This document shows positions 1-12,640 of a DNA stretch of 64,000 nucleotides, piece after piece. Source of the stretch: Eledone cirrhosa (Eukaryota); contig CAXHJY010000894.1 in the NCBI GenBank assembly GCA_964016885.1, positions 21,102 to 85,101 of the forward strand, read 5' to 3'. A program made the translations under genes and the position numbers. Under the pieces are notes generated by a model that made no database searches, had not been told where the DNA came from, and saw nothing but the letters and a program-made list of their open reading frames with translations. Each line of letters begins with the position of its first letter. Position 1 is the first letter of the stretch.

Positions 1-12
1 TTGGAAATGGCA

Positions 13-845
13 AGTATTGAGAGAGTACTTAGTTGGGTTGTTATTCAGCACTACAGCTAAATGCAATGGTACAGGCAGATTTTTTCAAGATGCAGAAGCA
101 CGTGAAGGCACACAAAAGCAAAAAATATAAACAATAGTTAAAATATATAATAATAACGTAAAAGGAAAATAATATAAAGAGATAAAAAAGTTTGGCCTGT
201 ATTTATTAATGTGGTGCATGTATATATACAGGTATAGCACCCATGGTCCACATAATTCCGTAACCTACTAGTATACCTTGATTATGTATACTATGGGGAG
301 GAATAAAATCCCAATTGGGATTTCTGAAGGTACCTTGGGAGCCTTTTAGTATTTCTATAACTATAAGTTATGGAGAACTAAATCACCTGTTATATATAGT
401 GACCAACGCATATCTTGTTTTTTGTGTGCCTTAAAAAACTGTTTCTTTTTTCTTTTTTAAATTTTTTTTATCTCTTTATATTATTATTTTCCTTTTACTT
501 TATTATAATATATTTTAACTATTGTTTATATTTTTTGCTTTTGTGAGCCCTCAGGTGCTTCTGCATCTTGAAAGAATCTGCCTATACCATTGCATTTAGC
601 TGTAGTGCTGGATAACAACCACACTATGCACTCTCTCAATACTCATCCTTTCTGATCTCTCTCTGGTTGCCCTCTATTGTATTTCTAATGTTCATGTGAC
701 GAAGCTCGATAGAGCCTATACTCAGCATTGTAATTTTATTTTTAAAGCTCTGATGATTCCTTCCCAATGGTATGGATGAAACATTGTTAGCAAATAAACA
801 TTGTATGAGTATGTAGGCGTTCTTTGATTTCTTTTACACACACTC
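13..845 (+). mobile_element. Fold-back PLE 3'-end remnant (inverted arms ~13-189 and ~464-643) ending in a degenerate hammerhead and a tail before (TA)n
   Basis: AGTATTGAGAGAGT...CAGCACTACAGCTAAATGCAATGGTA at the window start is the reverse complement of TACCATTGCATTTAGCTGTAGTGCTG...ACTCTCTCAATACT (~585-643). Hammerhead-like core at 747-791. The left arm may continue outside the window. Confidence 0.55.
747..791 (+). ncRNA. Degenerate minimal type-I hammerhead ribozyme
   Basis: gct-CTGATGA-(tcc...gga stem II)-GAAAC-att-GTT-agc; 3-bp stem I, followed by AATAAA. Confidence 0.5.
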
Positions 846-1027
846 ATATAATATATATATATATATATATATATTTTCATATTTGTGTATTTATATATAT
901 ATATTCATATGTGTATTTATATATATATTCATATGTGTATTTATATATATATATATATATTTATATTTGTGTATTTATATATATATATATTTATATTTGT
1001 GTATTTATATATATATATATTTATATT

Positions 1028-1058
<31 letters not shown>

Positions 1059-1059
1059 T

Positions 1060-1094
<35 letters not shown>

Positions 1095-1121
1095 GTATTT
1101 ATATATATATATATTTATATT

Positions 1122-1156
<35 letters not shown>

Positions 1157-1487
1157 GTATTTATATATATATATATTTATATTTGTGTATTTATATATAT
1201 ATATATATATATTTGTGTATTTATATATATATATATTTATATTTGTGTATTTATATATATATATATTTATATTTGTGTATTTATATATATATATTTATAT
1301 TTGTGTATATATATATATATATATATATATTTGTGTATTTATATATATATATATTTATATTTGTGTAGTTATATATATATATATTTATATTTGTGTAGCT
1401 ATATATATATTTATATATATATATATATATAGTGTTTGTTTCTGTGTATTTATATATATGTGTGTGTGAGAGCGAGAGAGAGAGAGA
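846..1487. repeat. Compound (TA)n microsatellite with TATTTGTG interruptions
   Basis: Visible directly; source of spurious ORFs 824..1432, 883..1368 and 885..1469. Confidence 0.95.
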
Positions 1488-1894
1488 CGACATTATACGA
1501 TACGCCCTTCCCCTTTTTTTTCTTTAGATGAGTAGATGCGGAAGGTGTTTTTTGCAAATCGAGCAAAACGTAGGGTTCTCTTCTGTGATTGACTGGCAAT
1601 GTCATTGTCAATATTTAATGTGAAGGGGACTGCTCTCCAACTGAGTAGCAGTCTATATGTTATGGTTTTATGAATGGAATTGCATTAAAACAAAATAAAA
1701 AAAGTGTTGTAAAAACTGCAATTCAACACGTCTACTTTTCTTCGTGTCACGATTGAAAGTTTCCTTTCCGATTCTTGAATACCGCAGAAACAACCGCTCG
1801 TCATCTGAAGTGGACACTATACCAATTGTTATACACACATATGTATATATATGTATATATATATATATATACATACATATATTTATATATTTAC

Positions 1895-1994
<100 letters not shown>

Positions 1995-2202
1995 GGTGTG
2001 TATATATAATCTTCGTCCATTTCCCCATCTTTATATTAATATACAGATATGTGTGAATGTATGGATGGGTGTGAATATATATATTTTTCAAAGGCGGTGC
2101 CCCAACATGGCTATGGTTTAATGGATAAAAACAGTAACTCTGTATGTCTGCATAAATGCATATATAAATGTAAGCTTATATATATATATATATACATACA
2201 TA

Positions 2203-2249
<47 letters not shown>

Positions 2250-3603
2250 GTGTGTATATTTATATATACATACATACATGAATATTGAGTAGTGTCAGTT
2301 GTGAGATAGAATAGACCAATTTTACGCAATATATAACTTCTATTACTATCATTATACGATGGTTAAATCTTGATTTTGTGTGACATTTCAATTGAAAGCT
2401 ACTAGAATTATTCATTAGTTTTCTTTTGTGGGCTAAGAAAAGGCCTATAGTTAATTGAATCGAACATCGTGTATTACTTGTGATTATTTTATGAACCGCC
2501 CAGCGATAAAAGGCAAAATTTGACGTACTGTAACAGTAGATTCTTACTATACTATCCATCATAATACACCATGTGTGTTTCTATCTATATTTGTCCCCTT
2601 CTTTTGTGCCCCTGTGGCTAATAAAGAAACATCTCTCTCTCTCTCTCTCTCTTCACACACACACATATATATATCCGTCTGTCGCGCTTTAAAATTTACA
2701 CACAATGCATTTCCTATCTCAGTCATGTTGCTACAATAAGAAGTTCATTTTCCAATCACAAGGTCCTGGGTTCCAACCCAACCCAACATTTGTCCCTGTA
2801 AATAGTTATGAGTAATTTTTAATAGCTATTATTTCTCCAAAGTTACTCATAGATTTAATCCTGTTTGTCATTTATAGATCTATGCTGAACATTTTCGTAA
2901 TTATATCTTAGAAATAAATTATTAAAATCCTATCTTCTCTTTAATCTCTTCCACATGTCAGTAATCAACAAAAACTATGGGGTTTCTCTTATGCAAACTA
3001 TTAATTTATGAATATGGAAATTTGTATTATTCATATATATCCAGTAATCATGGTATATATGGCATCACATAGCAATCCTGGAGTCCAGAAATTAAATACA
3101 TTTAACGCTATTGCTGTCATTATTGACGACAAGGGGTCCACTACTATTAATGATTGAGAAGGCGATGCAACTGAGGTTTTATACATCCGCACCCAGAATC
3201 CGTCCAACACGAGTTAGTTTAACATAGAACACACCGTCTGATAAGAAGTATCTTCTAATCATATAAGATATTATCGAAAACAACCACTCAGACAGTTCTG
3301 GTTTATTCAGTATGCTGATAGATTCTTGTTTTCATTTTGTTTCAGATTTTAATTTTGTTTTAATTTTGTAATTTTTTTCTCGTTATTTTTTTTTGTTTCA
3401 TTTATTGTTTTTTAATTATGTAAATATTATATAGAAATATTATTTTAATTCCGGTGTTTTGAACAAGTAGCGCGTAGAATAGCATTATTACAATAGACCA
3501 ATGAGATTCTCGTTTTGGGATATTCTGCTGAAATGTTATGCCAAATTTATTCTGCTATTGCTGATGTTTTATTATTGCTACTGTTGTTATTTTTTATTGT
3601 ATT

Positions 3604-3821
3604 ATGGAACTTGGAGTCAGTCGCATGTCTGATGATCAAAAATCGCTTGAACGATACGCCAGGGGAGAGGCTGTCGTCGAAGATATTGCCTCGCCTTTGT
3701 TGGCCTGCCAAATGGCAGATCTGTTCAACGACAGAAGACTCAGTGACATATTCAAGGACCGTGACAGTTTGGTACAGGTTCTCGAAGCAGGCGAACCCGG
3801 CAGCATCAGCTTTGTGATCAG
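3604..3821 (+). CDS. Probable coding exon (likely first coding exon) of an unidentified host gene: MELGVSRMSDDQKSLERYARGEAVVEDIASPLLACQMADLFNDRRLSDIFKDRDSLVQVLEAGEPGSISFVI-R
   Basis: Non-repetitive island with higher GC and CpG than its flanks; protein-like composition; ends at CAG|GTATAT donor (phase 2) where the sequence returns to microsatellite. Possible acceptor TTTTCATTTTGTTTCAG at 3346. Confidence 0.6.
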
Positions 3822-3998
3822 GTATATAATACATATATGCATCAATACTTAAACACACACACACACAATATGTATATATGAATGTGTGTGTGTGTGTTTC
3901 ATCCTCGTTTAATGTCCCCTTTAAATATATTCACACAGACATAAATATACATTATATATATATATATATACGCACACACACATATGTATATATGAGTG

Positions 3999-4073
<75 letters not shown>

Positions 4074-4325
4074 ACATATGTATATTTATATATATATATA
4101 TACACACACACTCACATATATACACATATATTGCAATCACATCGTGGAAGAAGAATTTTAGCCGTTCAAAAGCACAAAAAAACTGTTAACTTCATTATAC
4201 ATTCCTCATTATTTCTTGATGTCAACATTTTCGTCACACTGTTTGCGCCCTGGTCAATGACACAGTTCCACGGCACATGATTTGAAACTTAGTTATTAGC
4301 TAGTTTTTATGGGCCTCAGGGGTTT

Positions 4326-4329
<4 letters not shown>

Positions 4330-4400
<71 letters not shown>
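4330..4400. repeat. (CT)n microsatellite
   Basis: Visible directly. Confidence 0.95.
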
Positions 4401-4402
<2 letters not shown>

Positions 4403-4427
4403 GATATTAATAAATGGAAACCATAAT

Positions 4428-4488
4428 TATTCTATTATATATATTTCAAGGGTACCAAAACTTTGACACGCTCTCATCAGATAAAATA
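4428..4488 (-). ncRNA. Type-I hammerhead ribozyme (minus-strand copy)
   Basis: Reverse complement of 4589-4649 with the core intact (TCATCAG at 4474-4480; TTTC at 4444-4447). Confidence 0.75.
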
Positions 4489-4588
4489 CAAAATTTGTTT
4501 TATAAATAGTGACATACCCAGGAATCAGACCTTAATAGTTCAGGTTCTCTGATTCCTGGGTATGTCACTATTTATAAAACAAATTTTG

Positions 4589-4649
4589 TATTTTATCTGA
4601 TGAGAGCATGCCAAAGTTTTGGTACCCTTGAAATATATATAATAGAATA
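4589..4649 (+). ncRNA. Type-I hammerhead ribozyme
   Basis: tattttat-CTGATGA-gag...ctt-GAAA-t-atat-a-TA-atagaata: 8-bp stem I (one G-U), palindromic stem III, AUA triplet, predicted cut after 4641. Confidence 0.8.
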
Positions 4650-5193
4650 AATATGGTTTTATAAATATAGTTTCCATTTATTAATATCATTGATATTACA
4701 ATCCAGAAAACTGTCGAGTGCTTCGAATCTGTTATAAATATATTTTTGGAATTACCAACAAATTAAATATCTCTTTGCTTATATATATATATACACACAC
4801 ACACACACGAGTGTGATCATCCATTTTACGTTCGTTTTTGTATGTACGTGTACATATGTGTGTTTATACATACGCACACACAACCATCTATTTGTGAAGG
4901 GGCATAATCTACTGGTGAGAGTGTTGGTCTCAACAATAAGGCTGTAGGTTCGCTCTCTGGATGGGGCAGTACATTATTTCACGATGTTCTAACCCATTCA
5001 GCTGAAAATATAAGTTCATATAAGCAACATATCTATCTGTCTACATACATATATGTTTGTATGTATGTATGTATATATATATATATATGTATGTATGTAT
5101 ATATATATATATGTATGTATGTATATATATATGTATATGTATGTATATATATATGTATATGTATGTATATATATATGTATATATATATATATA

Positions 5194-5517
5194 CACATGG
5201 CTTAGTGGTTAGAGCATTGGCCTTGCAATCAAAAGGTTGTGAGTTCAATCCTCAGACCGGGTGATGTATTGTTTCCTTGGGCAAGACACTTTATTTCACA
5301 TTGCTCCAGTTTACTCAGCTGTAGAAATGAGATGATAGGGACTGAGGTCCATATCATTCCACTGCAAAGTGGTCGTGGAGGTGCCACGGCAAAAAAGCAC
5401 CCAGCACTCACTGTAAATGAGGTTGGTGTTAGGAAGGGCATCCAGCTGTAGAAATCAAGCCAGAATCAGTTCCCGTCCCACCCTTGCAAGCAGGGAAAAG
5501 CGGACGTAAAAATTATG
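5194..5517 (+). mobile_element. tRNA-derived SINE family A (CORE-like centre, RTE-derived 3' tail)
   Basis: A box TGGCTTAGTGG, B box GTTCAATCC, CCTTGGGCAAGACACTT CORE-like motif; tail matches the 3' end of the RTE at ~46590-46636; six copies in the window. Confidence 0.9.
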
Positions 5518-5640
5518 AAAAAAAAAATATATATATTTATTTATTATAATGTTAAATATATTGCCGTATTTTACTAAAAATTATTCAACATAAAAAGCTG
5601 ACTTATCTACCAAATCGTGTTTGAAATATTAAATTATTAA

Positions 5641-5755
5641 ATAATTGTTTCTACTTTTGGCACAAGGCCAGCAATTATACAGTACATTACTGGTACTTTA
5701 TTTTATCGACCCCGTAAGGATGAAAGGCAAAGTTAACCTTGGCGGGATTCGAACT
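5641..5755 (-). mobile_element. SINE family B fragment (Meta-domain-like centre)
   Basis: Reverse complement of GTTCGAATCCCGCCAAGGTTAACTTTGCCTTTCATCCTTACGGGGTCGATAAAATAAAGTACCAG. Confidence 0.8.
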
Positions 5756-6494
5756 TTTAATTAAACTTTTAATTAAATTATTAAATAATTAAGCTGAAAT
5801 ATAATCAGTGAGAGAGAGAGGTGGGACTTATCTGTTGCAATATATATATATAAATCAAGGAAGCAAAAAACGAACAAACAAGAGGATACAATAACATGAA
5901 GTGTATTAGTTTTATGCTTGGAGGAAGAAGAATAACACACAAATGCACACAAGTACATATTTCTGTTTTATATGGATATTTATGTATGAGTATTTATGAT
6001 ATACAAATGGCAATATATACATATTGTAAAGGCCACCAGCTGTGCTTTTTCATTTAAAAGGTAGCTAATAGCACGTGTGTTTGTTTGACATCAAAGGTGG
6101 TATTTAGATTCTGCACAAACATATCCTATTGCTTGCTGGTTAGATGTGTGAAAATCTATGCTTTACATAAAAAGACAAAACAAATGCAGATTGGCATCAA
6201 GAAGGGCATCTAGCTATAGAATTCTGTTCCAAAAAATCTTATCTGGGCCCCTGTCAGCATGGAAAAAGGGTTGTAAAACTGATGATGACTATGTTGATAT
6301 ATATATATCTGATGAACAGGCTGGGCATTTCTGTAGAGATCATCTAGTTTCTTGAAATCTTTGGTAATGGAATAATTATATTGTGTTGTTTATTATGTAA
6401 TTAAATAGCTCTCATAGAGCACTCTTCTTTCCTTTACCTTTTCTATGAAAATACTTAACACATAAAAACACACACATATGTATGTATATATGTA

Positions 6495-6536
<42 letters not shown>

Positions 6537-7389
6537 TAGATAGATTCTATAATACTGAGCTGTTTATTTTAAAGGGTTTATCATCATCATTTAACACCCA
6601 CTGTCTGTGTTAGTAATGGTTGGATGGATCATCATAAATCAAGTCTGTTGTTAGAGTTATTGATCTCTCAGATGGGCCGGGAAGTCATCATTTACAACTT
6701 TCCTGCACTCTAGAGTGCACCATTCATTTTATTGTGTCACCAGCGCTAGAGAGGTCATCATGTCCTTGACATAACTAAAGAGTCCTTGCTATCCTTTATT
6801 TGACAAGTTTTCTATGGCTGTAATTATTTCCTGTCATCAAAACTAGAGAGGTTGTTGTACCATTGATACTACTGTAGTCTTCTCAGCCCTCATTTGGCAT
6901 GGTCTCTACAATTAGATGCCTTCTTATCACCAACCACCTTATAGAATACTGTGTTTTATCTTGGCACCAGCACTAAGGAGGTCGTTGGTCATTCACTCAA
7001 CTGAATTGCCTTCTCTACTCGATACGGTGGTAGGTAGGTTTGATGATAAGTAAGATGTCATGAGTAAGTGACAATAGGTGGGGCAGGGACAGTATAATGT
7101 CAGCAGTGCATTTTTTGTGGCACCAGCACTATTACTTTACAGGGTCTACTGAGGGTATTTTATCAAAGCACCAGCTCTAAAGAGGTTGTCGTGTTTCTCC
7201 AGAGTGAAGAGTCCTCTCAAACATTACAGTGTCTCTGGTAACTAACAGTGTAGCTTCTGGTCTCTTACAAAAGGTGGGAAAGTGGACGTAAAAACGATGA
7301 CGATGATGATATGAGTGTACTTAGGAAATGAGTATATATAGTGCTCATTCAGAAGAAGTACTAACCAAATTAGATTAAAGTTTCAATAT

Positions 7390-9585
7390 AATACTTAACC
7401 TCCCCACGGCCAAATGGCCCGAAGGCCACCTCTTCTCAGGAATGACAGCACATGAACAAAGACAGACAGAATTCTTGCTGGACCTTGAAAACAGACTTCA
7501 TGGAACAGTGGTACTACACCCAACAAGAGGTGAGAATGACTTGGATCTCTCCTTCACAAATAACACAGCACTCATCCACAATGTAAATGATTTTCCCAGT
7601 TCATAACATAGTAGAACTAACAATATATAGTCTGAGGAAGACTAGATATCCAGCCAGCAGTAATCACCCAATTTCTATCCAGCCTAAACTTCCACAAAGC
7701 TAACTGGAAAAGGATTCAGGAGGAGATTCTGAAACAAAAGTCAACTGACACTCTCTCAATACAAGATGTTAATATTCAACTTGAGCATTTCCCCTGGAAA
7801 GAAAGGCCAACAGATACAAAAAGAATTATTCCCAGAAACAGACAAATCCTTATAAGATGGAGAACAAAGATCTCAAACTGGCTAAATGTACAACTAAAAA
7901 ACAAGAAGGAATTCTATTTGAAGCAGGTACTGTTTGAAATGAAACTGAACTTAGACTCTCCCTTGAAAAGAAAAGGGCAGGAAGAAAAGCCAGTGTTATA
8001 GAAAATATAAAAAGAAACTTAAGGCCTTCTTTAATTTCACAAAAGAGATTGCTTTGGTAGACTACAGGCTAGGGCTACTTTTCCATAAAAATGGCTCACT
8101 GATCGCAGACCCCAACAATATAGAACAAGAAATATAAAAGTTTTTTCACACCCCCAATAAGACAGATGAGTTCTTTACCACTACTGTGTTACATGGAGAA
8201 ATGGCAACTATCAACTAGATAGGTATAAAGGAAGAAGATATAACATCAGCCATAGATAAAATGAGACCAAATTCAGCTGCTGGACCTGATGGTTTCGCAA
8301 CAATCCTCCTAAAAACGTGCAAATGAACCTTAGTAAAACCATTGCAGATCCTCTTCCCAAACAGACCTGTCTTCCTGACCTCACATATGAGCAAAGTCAT
8401 AGAATGAATCATCAGAAGGAAACTAATTACAGTCCTAAAGGAAAAGGGCCAAGAAGACGCTGCCTTATACAGCTCTTACAGTATTATGACTAGATACTGG
8501 AACAGCTACTGGGCTGTTCAAGCTTGGATGTGATGTGTCCCAACTTTGCGAAGTCCTTTGATAAGGTTGATCATAGAAGGATATATCACAAATGGCATAG
8601 TTGGAAAATTAGGTGAATGCCTTCATGACTTCTCAAAAGACAGAAGTGAAACTGTTGCAACCAACGGGGTCCTCTCAAGGAAACATTAATAACAAGTGGT
8701 GTGATCCAGTGAACTGTCTCTTGGGACCACTATTATTTGTGGTGGCTCTCTCTGACATGTCCTCTGTAATACAGACAGCCTCCCTTACAACCTATGCTGA
8801 TGACACAAAAGTAGCATAGGCAATCAAGAAACCGGCTTTTGTTACTCTCTTACAACAAGATTCGGATGCCATATGAGGACAACAATATGCAGTTTAATGC
8901 TGGAAAATTTCAAGCCATCGCCAATCAGCCCACAAACACAAGGCCACTACAAGAACGCTAAACTAGATGAAGGGGAATCAAAATCCCTGAGTTGAAATTA
9001 ATACGGGACCTGGATATTGATATGAGCAATGAGGCATTGTTTCATGCACACACACACACATCACTAACATAGCAGTAATGTGCAGATGACTGACTGGTTG
9101 GATTCTGAAGATTTTCAGGACAAGAAGCCAGGAAACCATGTTGGTCCTTTGGGTGATATTTGTCTTCAGCCGACTGGACTATTGCTCACGGCTATGGTTG
9201 TTCCACAGTGTCAACCTAACCACAGAACTTGAAGCAATCCAACAAAGCTACACCGAGAAGATTGCCTCAATGAAGATGATGATGTACTGAGAGAGCCTGA
9301 AAGGATTAAATATCTATTTTCTGGAATGAAGATAGAACAGATATGCAGTGATATACATATGAAAGTTCCTGGAAGGATTAACCCCAAACTTTGGCATTGA
9401 GAGCTAGACCAACCCTAGAAAATGGTGCCACTGTGTAGTGCCAAAGGTCCCATCCTTCATATCCAGAGTAAGGACCAGATACTCCAATAGTTTTGGGTTC
9501 AAATGCCCCCAGCTGTTTAATAAGCTGCAAAAACCTGAGAGGTCTACACATGGAGGACGTAGGTGTTTTAAAGAATCATCTTGAT
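7390..9585 (+). pseudogene. Decayed CR1/L2-group LINE ORF2 (APE endonuclease + RT)
   Basis: Broken-frame motifs PTRGENDLDLSFTN, LNFHKANW, SAAGPDGF, RPVxLTSHMSKVIE, FAKSFDKVDH, LGPLLF, YADDTK; many stops and frameshifts. Confidence 0.8.
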
Positions 9586-10254
9586 GTGTGTGTATATATA
9601 TATATATATACACACACAGACAGTCAGGTCGTTCTCAAGTTCTATGGGTACAATGTAACCCAGTACAACCTGTTGCATATCCGGATTGTTGAGGATCCCC
9701 CATTAAGCTTGCTTGATAAAGGAGGGTGATATGAGACACTGCGGGATGAAAAACAAAACCCGACAAAGGACAACGGAACTGATGATAGTCAATGGCCATC
9801 CAAAAGTATGTATGTATATACATATATTATGTGCAAGGACATAGAAATAGTCAGGTTGATCTCAGTGTGCAGCAAGTCTACTTAGAGAGACCCCAGATGC
9901 TTGTTAGGATATCTCTCTGGGACAAGGAAACTGATCTAAAACCTGATGCTCAATAGGAACTGATGGTGTTGGTCTGTTCTTCTTTTCAGATTATGGCTAT
10001 TGTTGCTCAGTGAGTAGGATTGGTCACAGCTATCTTGGCATCGAAGGGAGAGAATCTGATGGCACTGTTTCTGGATTATAATCAATAAATTTTAACTCTT
10101 GATACAATGGAACCTCACCTAAATACACACACACCACACAACAACAAAATGCAATCTAAGGAACTTTCTATTTAAATCAATAGACTTTTCTAGTAAATCA
10201 ATTGAATCTGACTTGTTGAACCCCATTTCCACACCACCTTCATAAAGAATATAT

Positions 10255-11015
10255 ACAAGAAGAGATTTTGAGAGAAAAGACATATGACTGCATTCCATGA
10301 GACCAGTTGTGGAAGGTTCTGTAAATGTATGGGATCAATGGAAAGTTTCTCATTACCCTGATGTCTCTATGTGAATGCCCTAGTATTTGTGTTCGGATAA
10401 ATGGTGCTAATCGAAACCATTCAATGTGGGTATTGGACTCTGCCAAGGGTGCATATTGTCAGTTCTCTTGTTGATAATCTTCTTGGACAGGATTGCTATA
10501 TGCAGATGGGTTGGAAGTGGTATCAAGACTGGCAGGTGTAGGATCAGTTGGCCAAAATTTGCAAGATTGAAAATTAGTATTGCAAAGACTGAGACACTCA
10601 TCCTCACAAGGAAGCCTGCTTAGTGCAAACTACATGTGAGTAGAGTTTCACTGAAGCAAGTGGAGAAATTCAAGTACCCTTGAGAGCGTGTTCACATGTG
10701 ATAGAAGGCAGGAGGCTGAATTAAGTGAAAGAATGCAGGAGCTGCTGCAGTAATGCACCAGTTTCAGCATTCGGTAATCAGAAGAAGGGTGGTAGGTGTA
10801 AAAGTCAAACTCACTATCTTCAATTTGTTATTCGTACCAACCCTTATCTGTGGTCATGAATCTTGGGTAATGACCAAAAGAATATGATCGTGAATACAAG
10901 TGGCCAAAATGGGGTTCCTCCAAAGGGTCTTTGGAGTAATGTGACTTGAGAGTGTGTAGCTCAGAGATCAGAGAGTTGCTCCAGTTAGAGCCCCTACTTC
11001 TCTGAATTGAGAGAT
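10255..11015 (+). pseudogene. Decayed RTE (Expander/Rex3-like) RT 3' fragment
   Basis: GLCQGCILSVLLLIIFLDRI, LKQVEKFKY and PTLICGHESWVMT motifs; related fragments at 11905-12105 and 47390-47862. Confidence 0.7.
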
Positions 11016-12274
11016 CACCATCATCATCATTTAATGTCCATTTCTCCACTCTAGCATGGGTTAGATGAGTTGTCCCATTGTGAGACAAGTCAGATCAGAT
11101 GTCCATATCTTGATCAGACAGAACTGTTTCTGGCTTGGTTTCTATGCTTGGATGCTCTTCCTAACGCCGACTATATTTGCAATGTGGACTGGGTGCTTTT
11201 ATCATGGCACTAATACGACCACTTTACAGTGTGGACTGGTCGCTTTTTGTCTTGACACCAATACGACCACCTTACAGTGTAGACTAGGTGCTTTTTATTG
11301 TCACTAACACAACCACTTTACTGTGTGGTGTGGGAGAGGTGCATGTGTGTGGTGTGGGAGAGGTGCGTGTGTGTAGTGTGGTGTGGGGGAGGTGCATGTG
11401 TGTAGTGTGGTGATTGGAAAGGTAGGTATAGAGTGGGGGTGTAATGACGTGGGTGAAGAGTGGCGTATTAGGAAATGGTGTATAGGATGGATTGTTAGGA
11501 TGTGGTATGTGTATGAAAGTGGGGAGAAGGGGAAGTGGTATATACTAGATGTATGACTCAATCCATGCTCCTGGAAAGGCAGGTCTTCTGCATAACTGTT
11601 ACAGACATGTGGTTAGAATGTTTCAGGAAAGAATTGCAGGTCAGATTTTATGGCAAGAGACCCAGGGGGTAGACCCCCAAGCAAAATGATCTCAGCTTTT
11701 TTTTTGGGGCAAGTATTTCAAGTATTGAATGGAGGGTTCTGAGACTTATCTTGATGGTTTGAAATGGATGGACCAGACATGTTTGATTGGAAATTTATAT
11801 ATCAGATATATAAATTTCAATGCCAATATGAAAGTTGTAAACTTCATGACCAAAATTGTTACATTAGTCACACAAGTTCAACTCTTTCCTGTCAATTAAT
11901 ACAATTGCGAATACAAGTGGTTGAAATGAGGTTCCTCCGAAGGGTCTTTGGAGTAATGTTACTCGACAGAGTGCATAGCTTTTAAATCAGAGAGTCACTC
12001 CAGGTAGAGTTGTTACTTCTCCGAATTGAGAGATCACAGCTCTGTTATTACAGGCATGTGGTTAGAATGTTTCAAGAAAGAATTGCTGGACAGATTTTAC
12101 GGACAACAAGGTACAATCACAACACATTTCCATACAGTACATGCAAAAAAATTAGATAGGACTACATTAGTCACTAACATTACAATTCTATACAGAATTC
12201 CACTCAAAACATGAAAAATACTTTTAAAAAGTGATCAAACTAGAGCTTTTCAGTATATATGTGTGTATATATAT

Positions 12275-12605
12275 GGAGGCACATGGCTTAGTGGTTAGAG
12301 CATTGGCCTTGCAATCGAAAGGTTGTGAGTTCAATTCTCAGACCGGGTGATGTGTTGTGTCCTTGAGCAAGACACTTTATTTCACATTGCTCCAGTTTAC
12401 TCAGCTGTAGAAATGAGATGATAGGGACTGGGGTCCCTATCATTCCACTGGAAAGTGGTCGTGGAGGTGCCACGGCAAAAAAGCACCCAGCACTCACTGT
12501 AAATGAGGTTGGTGTTAGGAAGGGCATCCAGCTGTAGAAATCAAGCCAGAATCAGTTCCCGTCCCACCCTTGCAAGCAGGGAAAAGCGGACGTAAAATGA
12601 AATGA

Positions 12606-12608
<3 letters not shown>
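12275..12608 (+). mobile_element. SINE family A, full length
   Basis: GGAGGCACATGGCTTAGTGG head through GGAAAAGCGGACGTAAAATGAAATGATGA tail, flanked by (TA)n. Confidence 0.92.

Positions 12609-12640
<32 letters not shown>

Larger units (their letters stand above)
4401..4780 (+). mobile_element. Short fold-back PLE-derived insertion: inverted arms 4401-4529 and 4548-4690 plus a 3' tail to 4780
   Basis: Near-perfect inverted repeat with an 18-nt spacer; each arm has a hammerhead. The post-ribozyme sequence matches the 3' end of the PLE at 60133-60175. Confidence 0.75.

Noticed and set aside
824-1469. Long Y/I/C/V-rich ORFs here and at 36972-38522, 46603-47238, 51423-51902, 53199-53792 and 62471-63964
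   Set aside because: Translations of (TA)n-type microsatellites.
3130-3290. Possible decayed PLE end (EVLYIRTQNPSN, then CTGATAA...GAAA)
   Set aside because: Core mismatch and no convincing stem I or III; too degenerate to call.
3730-3821. Resemblance of RRLSDIF...GSISFVIR to the phenylalanine hydroxylase N-terminus (RKLSDF...GAISLIFS)
   Set aside because: Too few identities and no further exons to support it; no gene symbol assigned.
9620-9805. Unique-looking island between microsatellites containing CTGATGA
   Set aside because: No GAAA arm, ORF or second copy seen; left unassigned.
12275-12345. tRNA gene, here and at the other SINE heads
   Set aside because: A/B boxes are present but there is no proper acceptor stem, and the sequence runs into SINE body.
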